From NCBI GenBank assembly GCA_965248265.1, contig CBDFJF010000002.1, positions 2,720,001-2,784,000 on the forward strand: a stretch of DNA of 64,000 nt, written 5' to 3'. Below, piece after piece: positions 39,763 through 49,679 of this stretch (the first letter of the stretch is position 1; each line of letters starts with the position of its first letter). Source of the stretch: Candidatus Latescibacterota bacterium (GTDB taxonomy: Bacteria > Latescibacterota > UBA2968 > UBA8231). The notes beneath the pieces were generated by a model. The model had not been told where the DNA came from. It made no database searches and worked only from the letters and a program-made list of their open reading frames with translations. The position numbers and the translations under genes are program-made.

Positions 39763-42700
39763 TTACCTCAAGAACAACAGCTTGCGTGTCTCCGTCTGCC
39801 CACCGGCCAGCAAGCGATACATGTACACGCCGCTGGCTAGATCGCGGCCGTGGGCATCGCGGCCGTCCCAGTGGACGGTGTAGGTGCCGGCTTGGTGGGG
39901 GCCCTCGACCAGGGCGGCTACTTTCTGGCCGGCCAGGTTGTAGAGGGCCAGGTCGACAGGGCCGCTGGTGGGCAGGCCAAAACGGATCACGGTGTCGCTG
40001 TTGAAGGGATTGGGATAATTCTGCGAGAGGGTATAGGTGGTGGGTAGGTCGGAGATACTCTCCGCCACCTCGACCACCGCTGTGGACGGTTTCGAGAGAT
40101 GCACCAGCCGGTATACAAAATCAACCATGACGGGAATAAATTGGGAAGCAAGTGATATGGGATAATGGCCGGCTCCTGGTAGAGGATATAGTTCATAGTG
40201 GACTTTTGCTGCCGCTATTTTATCTATCAAATCCAGGCTTGTCCGGTAGGGAACTATAGAATCCTCTGTACCGTGGATCAAAAGCGTTGGGGGGGTCCCC
40301 GGTTCGATGGGACCAGGATAAATAGGCGCATCAAAACCACCAGGATCACTGCGATCATACATCCCACCCCACAAGTCAATACAGGCTGCGGCTCCCACTG
40401 AAGCTGCATTCCCGTAGCACAAGTTGACGGCTATGGCACCCCCGGCCGAATCACCGGCAATGGTCATTTTGTTCGGGTCTACTCCATATTCGTCCTGGTT
40501 GGTTTCGAGCCAGTTCAGGGCGGTGAGTGCATCGGCCACGGCGGTATCAATTATGGCCGGATTGGCGCTGGGATTAGCCAATCTGTAGTTGATCGAAACG
40601 GCGACATAACCGCGTTGGGCGAACGCGGTGGCCATTTCCTGATATAGATCCGACTGTTTATCTCCACGACTGAATCCCCCTCCGTGGATCAACATGAGTG
40701 CAGGTCGGTTTACTTCCGTATCGCCCTCAGGTTCATATACGTCGAGCCGGAGTTGTTCCAGCTGACGGCTGGAACCTATGGCCTCGCCGAAAGGAAGATC
40801 TAGGGTGAGGTGCACCTCCGAGAACACGGGATCCACATACCTCAGGAGGCTGGTCCGGATATCGGCCCTGACGCGGACCTCTCTGCGCTCCCCCTGGGGG
40901 GTCGTGAGCACCAGGGTCGCCTCTTGCGGTCCGGCCGGCGCTTGTTGCCGATCGATGCGCACCTCGATGTATGCGGGGACGTTTGTGGTTTGCCCCTCAC
41001 GAGGGCTCACCGAAATCCAATCTTCGGAAGGCGGCTCAAGGGACCAGGAGAGGATACCGCTCCCGGCGTTGCGGAGGCTCAGAGACAGGCTGCTGATGGC
41101 CACGCCAAAATCCAGGTAGTCCTGGTCGACCGCCAGCACGGGATCGCCCACACCGGAGTCTACCAAGCGATTCAACAAGATTGAGACCGTGTTGGCGTCC
41201 TGATTCGTCACAGCCAGGTCAATGTCACCATCCCCATCGAAGTCAGCTCCGACAACCTCATATGGACCACGCCCCACAGCGTATTCCAGCTTCACACCGA
41301 AGGTCCCATCGCCGTTGTTGAGCAGCACGGACACTCTGCGGTTGACATGATCCGGCGCAACGAGGTCGTTGTCCCCATCATTGTCGAGATCCGCACTGAA
41401 AATGCCCCATCGTTCGGGGCCGTCATAGTCGACTCTAGGTGCAAAGCTGCCATCGCCATTGTTTAGCCATACCGATACAGCAGCAGAGCCAAAATGGCGC
41501 GCGGCTATGTCATGGTCTTCATCGCCATCGAAGTCCGCACTGAAAACATTCACTGGCCTATCCAACGCGTCGTACTCGACCTTGGGCGCAAAGGTCCCAT
41601 CACCATCGTTTAGGAGCACCGATACACCACCGCTGTGATTCGCCACAACCAAGTCGTTGTCCGTATCTCCATCGAGATCCGCACTAAAGACATCCAACGG
41701 AGCTTTCCCAGCGACGTAGTCGATGGGCGGTCCAAAGGTTCCATCGCCGTTGTTCAACAAGACAGAGACATTAGAGCCCGTTACCCTGGCGACGACGAGG
41801 TCGTGAATTCCATTCCCGTCGAAATCGGCACTGAATAGAGACACCGGAGCCTCGCCAGTTGCATAGTCGACTTTATCCGCAAAGGTCCCGTCGCCATTGT
41901 TCAGGAATACGGAGACGTTAGCATCGCTACCATTGGCGACTGCCAGGTCGTGATCGCCATCTGAGTCGAAATCCGCGCCGAAGACTGGATGAGAGCCTCT
42001 CCCAAGGGCATAGTCGACTTTGTCCGCAAAGGTCCCATCGCCACGGTTCATCAACACGGAGACCGTATTACTACCTGTGCTGGCGACGGCCAGGTCATGA
42101 TCACCATCGCCATCGAAATCCGCGGTTGAGAGTTCGAGGGGTACCCGTCCAACAGGATAGTCTGTCGGGAGTGCGAAAAGGGCCGGAACGAACGTAAAAC
42201 CTTTCTCGAGTTTACCCGTTTCTTGACTTCGATTGGTGATGGTGACATCCACGCTACCTAGAGCGTGCGGAGGGGTGGTAGCCTGGATTAAGAAAGGCGA
42301 CAGGCGACTTCTACGGGCGGCCTCAATACCCCCGAACGCAACCGTGGTACCCAGGTAGAAATTGCTCCCGCGTATTTCCACCTGCATGTCGCCCCGTTCC
42401 ACGCCGTGCGGGGGCGTAATCGAGGTCACGATGGGAGCGTCGTCCGGAGCGTGCACCAGGCGCAGATCGTCCAGGTAAAACGTGCCACTGACATTTCCGA
42501 GGAAGGAGATCCGTTCAAATCGATCGCCAAGGTCAAATTCGGATAGATCCATCTCGACCACCTGCCACTCCGTCCAGTTCAAGTCGATCAGCCCTTCCTG
42601 GAGAAGGTCAATGCTTCTTCCCGGTTGGACGGCGACCGCTAGGCGAGGCGAATCGGGAGGGACGACACTTTCCGGATGGAAGGCGAAACGCAGGGTCGTA

Positions 42701-42969
42701 AAGCCCAGAAGATCTCGACTATCAGAGGTCCGGAGCTGTAAGGTCCAACCCGAACTTCTTGCCTTCTCTACGCGCAATACGGCGGCGGTTTCACCTTCAA
42801 AGACGGGTCCTTCGGGAGAGATATCAACCAGTTCAATGCCCCCTAATGCTGTGGTGGTCCAGTCAGCGGCGATCTCGTCGCCCAGGATCACCAGATCCTC
42901 CTGGGTATGGGCCGGCGCATTCCAAGCGACGGCCAGTGCCAGCGCAGTATGCGGGATGATCATTTTCAT
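39763..42969 (-). CDS. Multidomain secreted protein: CBM-like + IPT/TIG + FG-GAP repeats + BACON-like + alpha/beta hydrolase + FlgD/T9SS-like tail
   Basis: ADFDGDGDHDLAV repeats, HGGGF, GDSAGG, IHGTED..VP, AGH, QNYPNPFN. Confidence 0.85.
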   Translation of the reverse strand: MKMIIPHTALALAVAWNAPAHTQEDLVILGDEIAADWTTTALGGIELVDISPEGPVFEGETAAVLRVEKARSSGWTLQLRTSDSRDLLGFTTLRFAFHPESVVPPDSPRLAVAVQPGRSIDLLQEGLIDLNWTEWQVVEMDLSEFDLGDRFERISFLGNVSGTFYLDDLRLVHAPDDAPIVTSITPPHGVERGDMQVEIRGSNFYLGTTVAFGGIEAARRSRLSPFLIQATTPPHALGSVDVTITNRSQETGKLEKGFTFVPALFALPTDYPVGRVPLELSTADFDGDGDHDLAVASTGSNTVSVLMNRGDGTFADKVDYALGRGSHPVFGADFDSDGDHDLAVANGSDANVSVFLNNGDGTFADKVDYATGEAPVSLFSADFDGNGIHDLVVARVTGSNVSVLLNNGDGTFGPPIDYVAGKAPLDVFSADLDGDTDNDLVVANHSGGVSVLLNDGDGTFAPKVEYDALDRPVNVFSADFDGDEDHDIAARHFGSAAVSVWLNNGDGSFAPRVDYDGPERWGIFSADLDNDGDNDLVAPDHVNRRVSVLLNNGDGTFGVKLEYAVGRGPYEVVGADFDGDGDIDLAVTNQDANTVSILLNRLVDSGVGDPVLAVDQDYLDFGVAISSLSLSLRNAGSGILSWSLEPPSEDWISVSPREGQTTNVPAYIEVRIDRQQAPAGPQEATLVLTTPQGERREVRVRADIRTSLLRYVDPVFSEVHLTLDLPFGEAIGSSRQLEQLRLDVYEPEGDTEVNRPALMLIHGGGFSRGDKQSDLYQEMATAFAQRGYVAVSINYRLANPSANPAIIDTAVADALTALNWLETNQDEYGVDPNKMTIAGDSAGGAIAVNLCYGNAASVGAAACIDLWGGMYDRSDPGGFDAPIYPGPIEPGTPPTLLIHGTEDSIVPYRTSLDLIDKIAAAKVHYELYPLPGAGHYPISLASQFIPVMVDFVYRLVHLSKPSTAVVEVAESISDLPTTYTLSQNYPNPFNSDTVIRFGLPTSGPVDLALYNLAGQKVAALVEGPHQAGTYTVHWDGRDAHGRDLASGVYMYRLLAGGQTETRKLLFLR

Positions 42970-43236
42970 GGTCGTTCGCCTCACCTCCAGTACAGCGGAA
43001 GATGGCTTCAGAATGTGGCTCGGTGCGCCAATGGAAGACCTACTCTAGGACCAGGATCAAGAGATCACCGTGAAGAATCGGGGATGTCAGCCTCGGTTGC
43101 CGTCTGACAATGGCTCCGTTTCGCCAGCGTTTCTCGCACGATGGGCTACCATGAACGCGACAGCAGCGATGGAAAACGAGATGAGACTGCCGCCGATTTC
43201 CGCGGACCCCCAAGGCTCTCGCAAGAACAAGCGACT

Positions 43237-43259
43237 AGTGAGGATAAACAGCATTACAT
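43237..43259 (-). mobile_element. Tiny family-A oriIS fragment
   Basis: AGTGAGGATAAACAGCATTACAT, one mismatch to 5791-5813. Confidence 0.7.
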
Positions 43260-43382
43260 ACTCTTAGGCGCAAACAAAGAGGGCTTCTCTTTCAGATATT
43301 CGGAGGTGTCCCATAAGACCCTCAAAGACGTGAGCACCACGTCTGCATCTGAAAAGGAGAAGCCCGTAAGAAATCTACTAAG

Positions 43383-44527
43383 ATGACTTCGGCTGTCCAA
43401 CTCGATCAGGTCCTCGATATCTGTGTCGATGTCAGCAAGAGCAAACTCAATGTCTACTTCGAGATGGGCGATCAGACCGTCGATGACGAGTGGCCCAATA
43501 CGACCCGGCAGATCGAGAAGAAGCTGCGAGCCTGTGGGCGCTTGGCGAGAGAGCACGGCTTCAAATCACTGCGAGTCATCTGCGAGCCTTCAGGCGGATA
43601 CCAGGACAAGCTGTTGCGCACAGCACGACGACTCGGTCACCTGACGGCCTACGTCAACGGCGAGGCGGTTGCCAAATTTCGTGTCGTCGAGACCAATGAC
43701 GGCGGCAAGACGGATCTCAAAGACCCGCACATCATCAATACGCTGGCGCGGCTCAATAAAGTCCTCCGGCATCGAGATCTACCTGAAGAGTATGAGCTGC
43801 TGCGCAAATGCGGCGTCCTCTATGAGAGGGCAGACCGAGCTCTCATGGCGGTGCGCTGCCGACTGCACCGCGTGCTGATGGAGCTGTATTGCGACTTCTC
43901 CTTCACCAAGAGCTTTCTCTACAGCACCTCGGGGCGCGCCTTGATCAGCAGGGGAGCCTTCGGACGAGGCCAGGCACAGGCCTTGAAGGCCTCCGCTAAA
44001 GCCTCCTTCGCGCTCACTCATCGCAGTCGGCACTTGTCCCTGGAGATTCGCTTCGTCATGGAGCGCGTCAACCTCCTCATCGAGCAGATCGTGCAACTCG
44101 ACGAACACCTGCAAGATCTCATGACCGAACAGCAGAGCCTTCTGCGGTCCGTCCCAGGTCTCGGGCCGTGTGGGCACCGACCATCCTGGCCGAGATCCTG
44201 CCTGTGTTTCATCCCGAGGATCAGCATGGCGCTCGCAAGTTCGTCGCCACCGCTGGCCTCGACGTCAAGCAGTTCGACAGTGGCGATGTGGAGGGTCGCG
44301 GCAGAATGTCCAAGCGCGGCAGCCGCTACCTGCGCACCGCCGTCATGCAGGCCTCAGAGATCGCCGTCTTCAAGAGTCACGACCCGCTCTTCACCCAGGT
44401 CTATCAGCGACACATTGATCGCGGCAAGCACCACCTCGTCGCTCTCACCCACGTCGCCAACAAGATGCTCCACGTCGTCTTCAGTGTCCTCAAGAACAAC
44501 CGTCCCTACACACCTATCCTCAACTGA
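43383..44527 (+). pseudogene. Chimeric, frameshifted IS110 transposase
   Basis: N-terminal DEDD domain of a second family (VDVSK, CEPSGGY, KTDLKD) fused near 43946 to the C-terminal half of the 4309-5499 type; -1 frameshift near 44170. Confidence 0.85.
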
Positions 44528-44579
44528 ACGGAGACCAGATATTTGCCCACGACTGGTGTTGACATGTTACCGCTTGTCT
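44528..44579 (+). mobile_element. IS110 right end with -35 box and CT core
   Basis: GGTGTTGACATGTTACCGCTTGT-CT identical to the reverse complement of 4257-4281. Confidence 0.9.
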
Positions 44580-44998
44580 ATACGTCCGGGCAGGACAGTA
44601 ACAGAGCGAGGTTGGTGATCGTGCGAGACAACAAGATGAGGTAGCGTGTGCGAGCAGGCATTGTCGTCTTCCTTTCGACCTGATTGATGCGATTCCGCCG
44701 TCGCCTGGCGCGCACTCAATGCAATGGTGCTCTTTCGCGCGCCAAGCGCTCTGCCGAAAAGCATGCAACCAGCAGAAACTAAACAGAAAACTATGGAACG
44801 AATAGTGGGGTTGGCTCTTAGACGCGCAGCAAAGGCTACGGCGGAGACTTGCCCGACGATCTGCCTCCGAAGCCGCATGTGGGTCCGGATCCGATGATCG
44901 TACGGCCTGTGCGAGTGAATCCGCCTTGACACAGTGCCCATAATGGTCCTTCATAGTGTAGTCGGTGCGAATGTTTCCCGAACGAGGGTTTTCCGACC

Positions 44999-47344
44999 AT
45001 GAGATATTCTCTGCGGAAACCGGTTGCGGATGCGGGTGCAGGGCGCAACCGCCGGATCGCTATTTGCCGCATCGGCTGTTGTTTCATGCTGTCATTGGCC
45101 TGCCCTGGAGTGGCCGATGTCGGGGGGCATGGCGCGGAGGCGCATGCTGCAGAGGGGCGTGATGAGGCCGAAGTCGCAGAAGAGTCCGCAGGAACAACCT
45201 GGTTCGAGACGCACCGCTACGATCCGCTGAACATGACCCTGGTCGACAGCCTTCATCTCGAAGGCGTGACCGATCTGTATGTCGCCGGCAACCACGCCTA
45301 TGTCGGCGATGACGAGCGGGGCGTTCTGCACATCGTGGATATCTCCCAGCCACAAGACATGCGTCTGGACACGTCGTTGACCCTGTTCGACATACCTTCC
45401 GTGGATGTGAAGGTGAGCGGAAATCTGGCCGTCGTCGGGGCGCAGAGAGACTTCGCCGGTGAGGCGATCTTCATCGACATTTCCGATCCATCCAATCCCG
45501 AGGTCCTCTCGAGGTTCGAGGCGTCGGACCGCGGCGGGGTACACAACCTCTTCCTCTACAAGGATCGCGCCTATCTGGCCAGCTCTATAGAGGAGGGTCT
45601 GACGATCGTGGACATTTCGGACCCCACTCGACCGTTTCAGTCGGGCTTCTGGATGAACGAGTCCGAGGAGGTCGGCAGTTACGTCCACGATGTGTTCATC
45701 CGCGACGACATGGCTTTCCTCAGCGTCGATAACCACCGGGCGTACAGCGGCGGTCTGGTCATTCTCGACCTGGCCGATCCCGACCATCCTGTCACTCTGT
45801 GCTCGATGCCCATTGCCGCGGGGCTGCACAGCGCCTGGATGGAGGAGGGATTCGTCTACTGCAACCAGGAATACGGCGACTGGCGACGGAGGCTGCACGT
45901 CATTGACGCGACGGATCCGCGCCACCCCGTCGAGGTCAGTACCTTCGGCCCTCATCCGCCCCCTTTCGTGGAAATAATGGGCCCCCACAATCCCCATGCC
46001 CGGGACGGCCTGCTCTACTGGGCCTACTACGACGCGGGGGTACGCGTTTTCGACCTGGCCACCCCGGATCAGCCGGTGGAGATCGCCTATTTCCCCTCGT
46101 CCGGCGCCTGGGGTGCCCAGCCCCACACGGACGGCCTCGTCTATGTGGCGGACCACGCACACAATGTGCATGGTATCGCCCAGCATGCCCTGCTGGCCCT
46201 TCGTTTCGATGAGCCGGCCCACGGCATCAGGCAGATATCGCTGAGTGCGGACTCTTCGATTGCGGGCCGCTCGGACTGGATAGCGGTAAGGGCGACCACG
46301 ACGCCGTCGCCGCGCGGCATCAGCGGCCAAATCGCTCGGGTTTCCGCCCGCTTCTTCAATGAGGAGGAGACGGAAGAGTGGATGTTGGCGGACGACGGCG
46401 AGACCGGAGATGCGGCACGTGGAGGGCGGTCATTCAGGGGGCAAATTCCGGTGCCGCCGGCCTTGCCTAGTGGCAAGCATCGGATAAGGGTTCAGTTGGA
46501 AGATGATCAGGCTCGAGTGTATCCCCACGATGTCCCTTTCTATCTTTTCCCCGAGGATCTGGTATTGTACGGAGATGGGTTGGCAGGCGAGTGGCGAGAA
46601 ATAGAGCGGATGGGGGGCGGCGAATTTGATCTCCGAGAGAGCGAGATCGTCTACCGGGGCGAGTCGGCGCTGGCATTCAGGGACATCTCCAACTTCTTTC
46701 GCGTGCTCTATGAGCCCATCGAACCCGTCGACGCTTTCGGATTCGCGTCCCTGCACCTTGCCCTTCACCTGGGCGACGTGGGGGCCAACTTCAGGGGTCT
46801 TACCGTAGACATAAATGAGGAGTTGGTGCCCCTGGTGAATGCTGGCAAGGGATACAACGGCGTGGATTTGGACTCCAGACAGTGGCAGTTGATTGACATC
46901 CCGCTCGATTTCCTGGAGCTGGATGAGATCACCCGGATCGGTTTCGTAGGGAGGTTGTCGGGCACCCTTTACTTAGACGATATACGTGTGGTTGCTGGCA
47001 CCCCGTCCTCGCTAGCCGATGTAGTGGCCACCGCGGTGCGGCAAGAGCACACAACCAGTCTTCCGCGATCCTTCAACCTGCACCAGAACTATCCCAATCC
47101 GTTCAACAGCGGTACGGAGATCCGTTTCTCTTTGCCCGAGGGCGAGAACGTCGAGCTGACCCTCTACAATCTGGCCGGGCAGAGGGTGGCCGAGCTCGCT
47201 TCAGGTCGCCGTGACGCTGGGACCTACACGGTTTACTGGGATGGCCGCGGCGATGACGGCGGGGTATTGGCCAGTGGTGTGTACCTGTATCGGTTGGAGG
47301 CTGGCGCCCGCGCAGACACGCGCAGGCTTCTACTTCTCAGATAA
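44999..47344 (+). CDS. LVIVD-repeat protein with CBM-like module and FlgD/T9SS-like tail (start uncertain)
   Basis: LHIVDISQP, IFIDISDPSNP, LTIVDISDP, LVILDLADP; HQNYPNPFN...SGVYLYRL. Confidence 0.85.
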   Translation: MRYSLRKPVADAGAGRNRRIAICRIGCCFMLSLACPGVADVGGHGAEAHAAEGRDEAEVAEESAGTTWFETHRYDPLNMTLVDSLHLEGVTDLYVAGNHAYVGDDERGVLHIVDISQPQDMRLDTSLTLFDIPSVDVKVSGNLAVVGAQRDFAGEAIFIDISDPSNPEVLSRFEASDRGGVHNLFLYKDRAYLASSIEEGLTIVDISDPTRPFQSGFWMNESEEVGSYVHDVFIRDDMAFLSVDNHRAYSGGLVILDLADPDHPVTLCSMPIAAGLHSAWMEEGFVYCNQEYGDWRRRLHVIDATDPRHPVEVSTFGPHPPPFVEIMGPHNPHARDGLLYWAYYDAGVRVFDLATPDQPVEIAYFPSSGAWGAQPHTDGLVYVADHAHNVHGIAQHALLALRFDEPAHGIRQISLSADSSIAGRSDWIAVRATTTPSPRGISGQIARVSARFFNEEETEEWMLADDGETGDAARGGRSFRGQIPVPPALPSGKHRIRVQLEDDQARVYPHDVPFYLFPEDLVLYGDGLAGEWREIERMGGGEFDLRESEIVYRGESALAFRDISNFFRVLYEPIEPVDAFGFASLHLALHLGDVGANFRGLTVDINEELVPLVNAGKGYNGVDLDSRQWQLIDIPLDFLELDEITRIGFVGRLSGTLYLDDIRVVAGTPSSLADVVATAVRQEHTTSLPRSFNLHQNYPNPFNSGTEIRFSLPEGENVELTLYNLAGQRVAELASGRRDAGTYTVYWDGRGDDGGVLASGVYLYRLEAGARADTRRLLLLR

Positions 47345-47399
47345 CTCACCTGCCGCCAATCGAGTCTTGGTGCTATGCCAGTCCTGAGCTCCGTGGCAC

Positions 47400-48301
47400 C
47401 GGCACACTGGTAGATGTCGGGTTGTTCGCGGAAGCTCTCATCTACTATGACCAGCTTCTTGTAAACCCCACGACACAGCCGCAATTTGCGGCTCTCCTTG
47501 AATGGGCGCAGAACCAGTCTTCGCTCGACAAGCTGCTTGGTTTGGCCAAGGACGGTGTAATCAAGATTTACGACTACTCATTTGCCACCTCCGCAGTGCA
47601 ACAAGGTGCCAGCTATGCGATCATGAATATTCAGGATGAAGTCCAGGCTCAACCCAATACGTTTGACCGTCGATTCTTGTATCATGACTCGGTTGAGGCG
47701 CTCTTCCCAAAGGCACGGCACCGCAGAAAAATCTATGAGGCGTTTCATGGAATTCGATAGAGGCTAAGGCCAATGATTTTGGTGAAGCCGTGGAAAACGC
47801 GGGCCGTGACTACTATGACGAACGTCGGTGTGCCCTGATCGTCCAGGCTCTGGTCGATGTGGTGTATCGCGACAAGCAACTGGGGGCACCACCTCTCGTC
47901 GAGGCAACTTTGTCGCGCACCGAAGGCAGCACCCAACACAGCATAACTTGGAACGTGAATTTCAAATGGCTATCCGAGAAACTCGGGGCCAATCTGAATT
48001 TTCACTCTTCTACGCCCCTGACTGCTGGAGCGGTGGCCAATCGCCTTATTTGGTCCGCTGCGCAATTGGACTGTGACCTCTACTTACCATCTCCGATGAG
48101 TAGCCTTGTCGGCGACAAGCTCTACGAAACGTCATTAAGGGCTGACAAGACTGACACGGTTATTCAATCCCTCCAGGAGGCAGTTGAGTTTCCTGATATT
48201 CGGACGCTCGTGAATACCGGACAACTCTCCCTTGATGAAGTTCTGGAGATTAGAACGAAGTCTAAGAGGTTCCGTGCCTGGTTACAGCAGGAGTCGGAGG
48301 C
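47400..48301 (+). pseudogene. Lower-GC hypothetical gene; no clear start, frameshift near 47751, interrupted by oriIS at 48302
   Basis: Two consecutive ORFs joinable by one base (FHG-NSIEAKAND). Confidence 0.6.
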
Positions 48302-48542
48302 GCATAGTGAGGATAAACAGCATTATCGGTAGTCAGTCAAGGTGTTTTGGGCTTTTTCGATTGCGTTGAGGGCCGTGCTTTTGCGTTGATCGTGGTGCGG
48401 TGAACGATGGGGCAGCGGATAGGGTGCCCGGATCAGCGCTTGCGGGCGCAGCGGCAGCTGTCAGCGAGAGATGGGGACGCAGCGCTGTCTGGGGTGGGGC
48501 TCAGGCGGCAAAGTCGAACTCGTGTTGGGGATCGGGCCGTGC
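48302..48542 (-). mobile_element. IS91 family-A oriIS mini-element
   Basis: Near-identical to 39491-39735 with the same two endpoints. Confidence 0.85.
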
Positions 48543-48633
48543 TTGATGAGAAGGCTATACATGTGATCTTGTATGTGGACGAACGAACCGCGGAAAACTG
48601 GAAAATTCCGGACTAACACTCAGGAGATCCCCC

Positions 48634-49551
48634 TTGCAGGCCCAAAACACAGACCTTCCGCCCGGCGGTAATAGCAGTGCCCCCACGGCCGCTTCCGTCG
48701 GAGTGACGCCGACCCGCGATCCGGCCGTGGCCGGCGAGCAGATGCGCCGGCACGGTTTCTGCATCATAGAAGGCGTCCTTCCGCCCTCTGCCATACCGGC
48801 CCTGAGGGAGAGCGCCGAACGCACCGCGATGGCGCACGACGACTGGCACCTCGACGGTTCCAAGGCGACATGGCACGTGGGGAGCGTGCTCACCTACGAC
48901 CAGACGATGGCCGCCTGGATCGGCGAGAGCCGCGTGCTCGACGTCGTCGAAGAGGCCTTCGCCACGGCCGAGATCCAGATCAGCTATACCACGCTGCAGG
49001 TCAACAAGCCGCACTGCCAGCAGCAGATCTGGCACGCGGATGGACACCTGGCGCAAACGGAACAGTACCCGCCGCCGCACGAGGCGCTGCGCCGTCCCGC
49101 GCACATCAACGCGCTCTACATGCTGAGCGACTTCACGGTTGCCAACGGCGGGACCTGGATGGTGCCCGGCTCGCACGCGCGGCCGGCTTCTGAAGATCCG
49201 TGCCGAGCGTGGTCGACCGAAGCCCAGTACTCGCCTTACCCGGAGGCCGTCCACGCGACCGCGGCCGCCGGCTGCGTGTGCGTGCTCGACTGCCGATTGT
49301 GGCACTGCATGCCGCCGAACCTGACGGACGCGGCGCGGGTCATGGTCAACGTGCGCTATGCACCGAGCCGGGTGCCCATCGAGCTACTGGTGAATCGGGG
49401 TGCCGGCCAGCCCCCGTGGCCGCCCATGCCGCAGGCAGTGTACGAGGCGCTTCCCTCCAGGTTGAAGCCGCTGTACGCGCACGCCCCGCTTCCTCCTCCG
49501 CCACCTTATACGCACGAGTTGGGCCTGTTCCTGAACGACAAACGGGTCTAG
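48634..49551 (+). CDS. PhyH family dioxygenase (start uncertain)
   Basis: RHGFCIIEGVL, WHADG, LSDFTVANGGTWMVPGSH, RLWH. Confidence 0.85.
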   Translation: MQAQNTDLPPGGNSSAPTAASVGVTPTRDPAVAGEQMRRHGFCIIEGVLPPSAIPALRESAERTAMAHDDWHLDGSKATWHVGSVLTYDQTMAAWIGESRVLDVVEEAFATAEIQISYTTLQVNKPHCQQQIWHADGHLAQTEQYPPPHEALRRPAHINALYMLSDFTVANGGTWMVPGSHARPASEDPCRAWSTEAQYSPYPEAVHATAAAGCVCVLDCRLWHCMPPNLTDAARVMVNVRYAPSRVPIELLVNRGAGQPPWPPMPQAVYEALPSRLKPLYAHAPLPPPPPYTHELGLFLNDKRV

Positions 49552-49629
49552 CGCGGCGTCCTGGAAGCAGGATCGTTAACGATCAAAGCCAGAGCCTTAG
49601 TCTGGAACACTTCATGGGAGATCCGAATG

Positions 49630-49679
49630 ACCCTCGCAGGGCCAGACCTACCCGAAGTGGTCCGCACCTATTATACGAG
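49630..49679 (-). mobile_element. Left-end remnant of a sibling IS110 element
   Basis: CT-CGTATAAT-AGGTGCGGACCACTTCGG..GTCTG.CCC.GCGAG parallels 5748-5792. Confidence 0.8.

Noticed and set aside
39593-39883. Small ORFs inside the repeats (also 5866-6104, 48407-48616, 55556-55852, 57335-57703, 59794-60399)
   Set aside because: Read-throughs of IS91 non-coding ends; only the minus-strand transposase tails are meaningful.
49560-49630. Readable target loop in the sibling IS110 remnant (CTCTGGCTTT resembles CTCTGGCTTAG)
   Set aside because: Similarity too short and no clear match to ATTTGTC.
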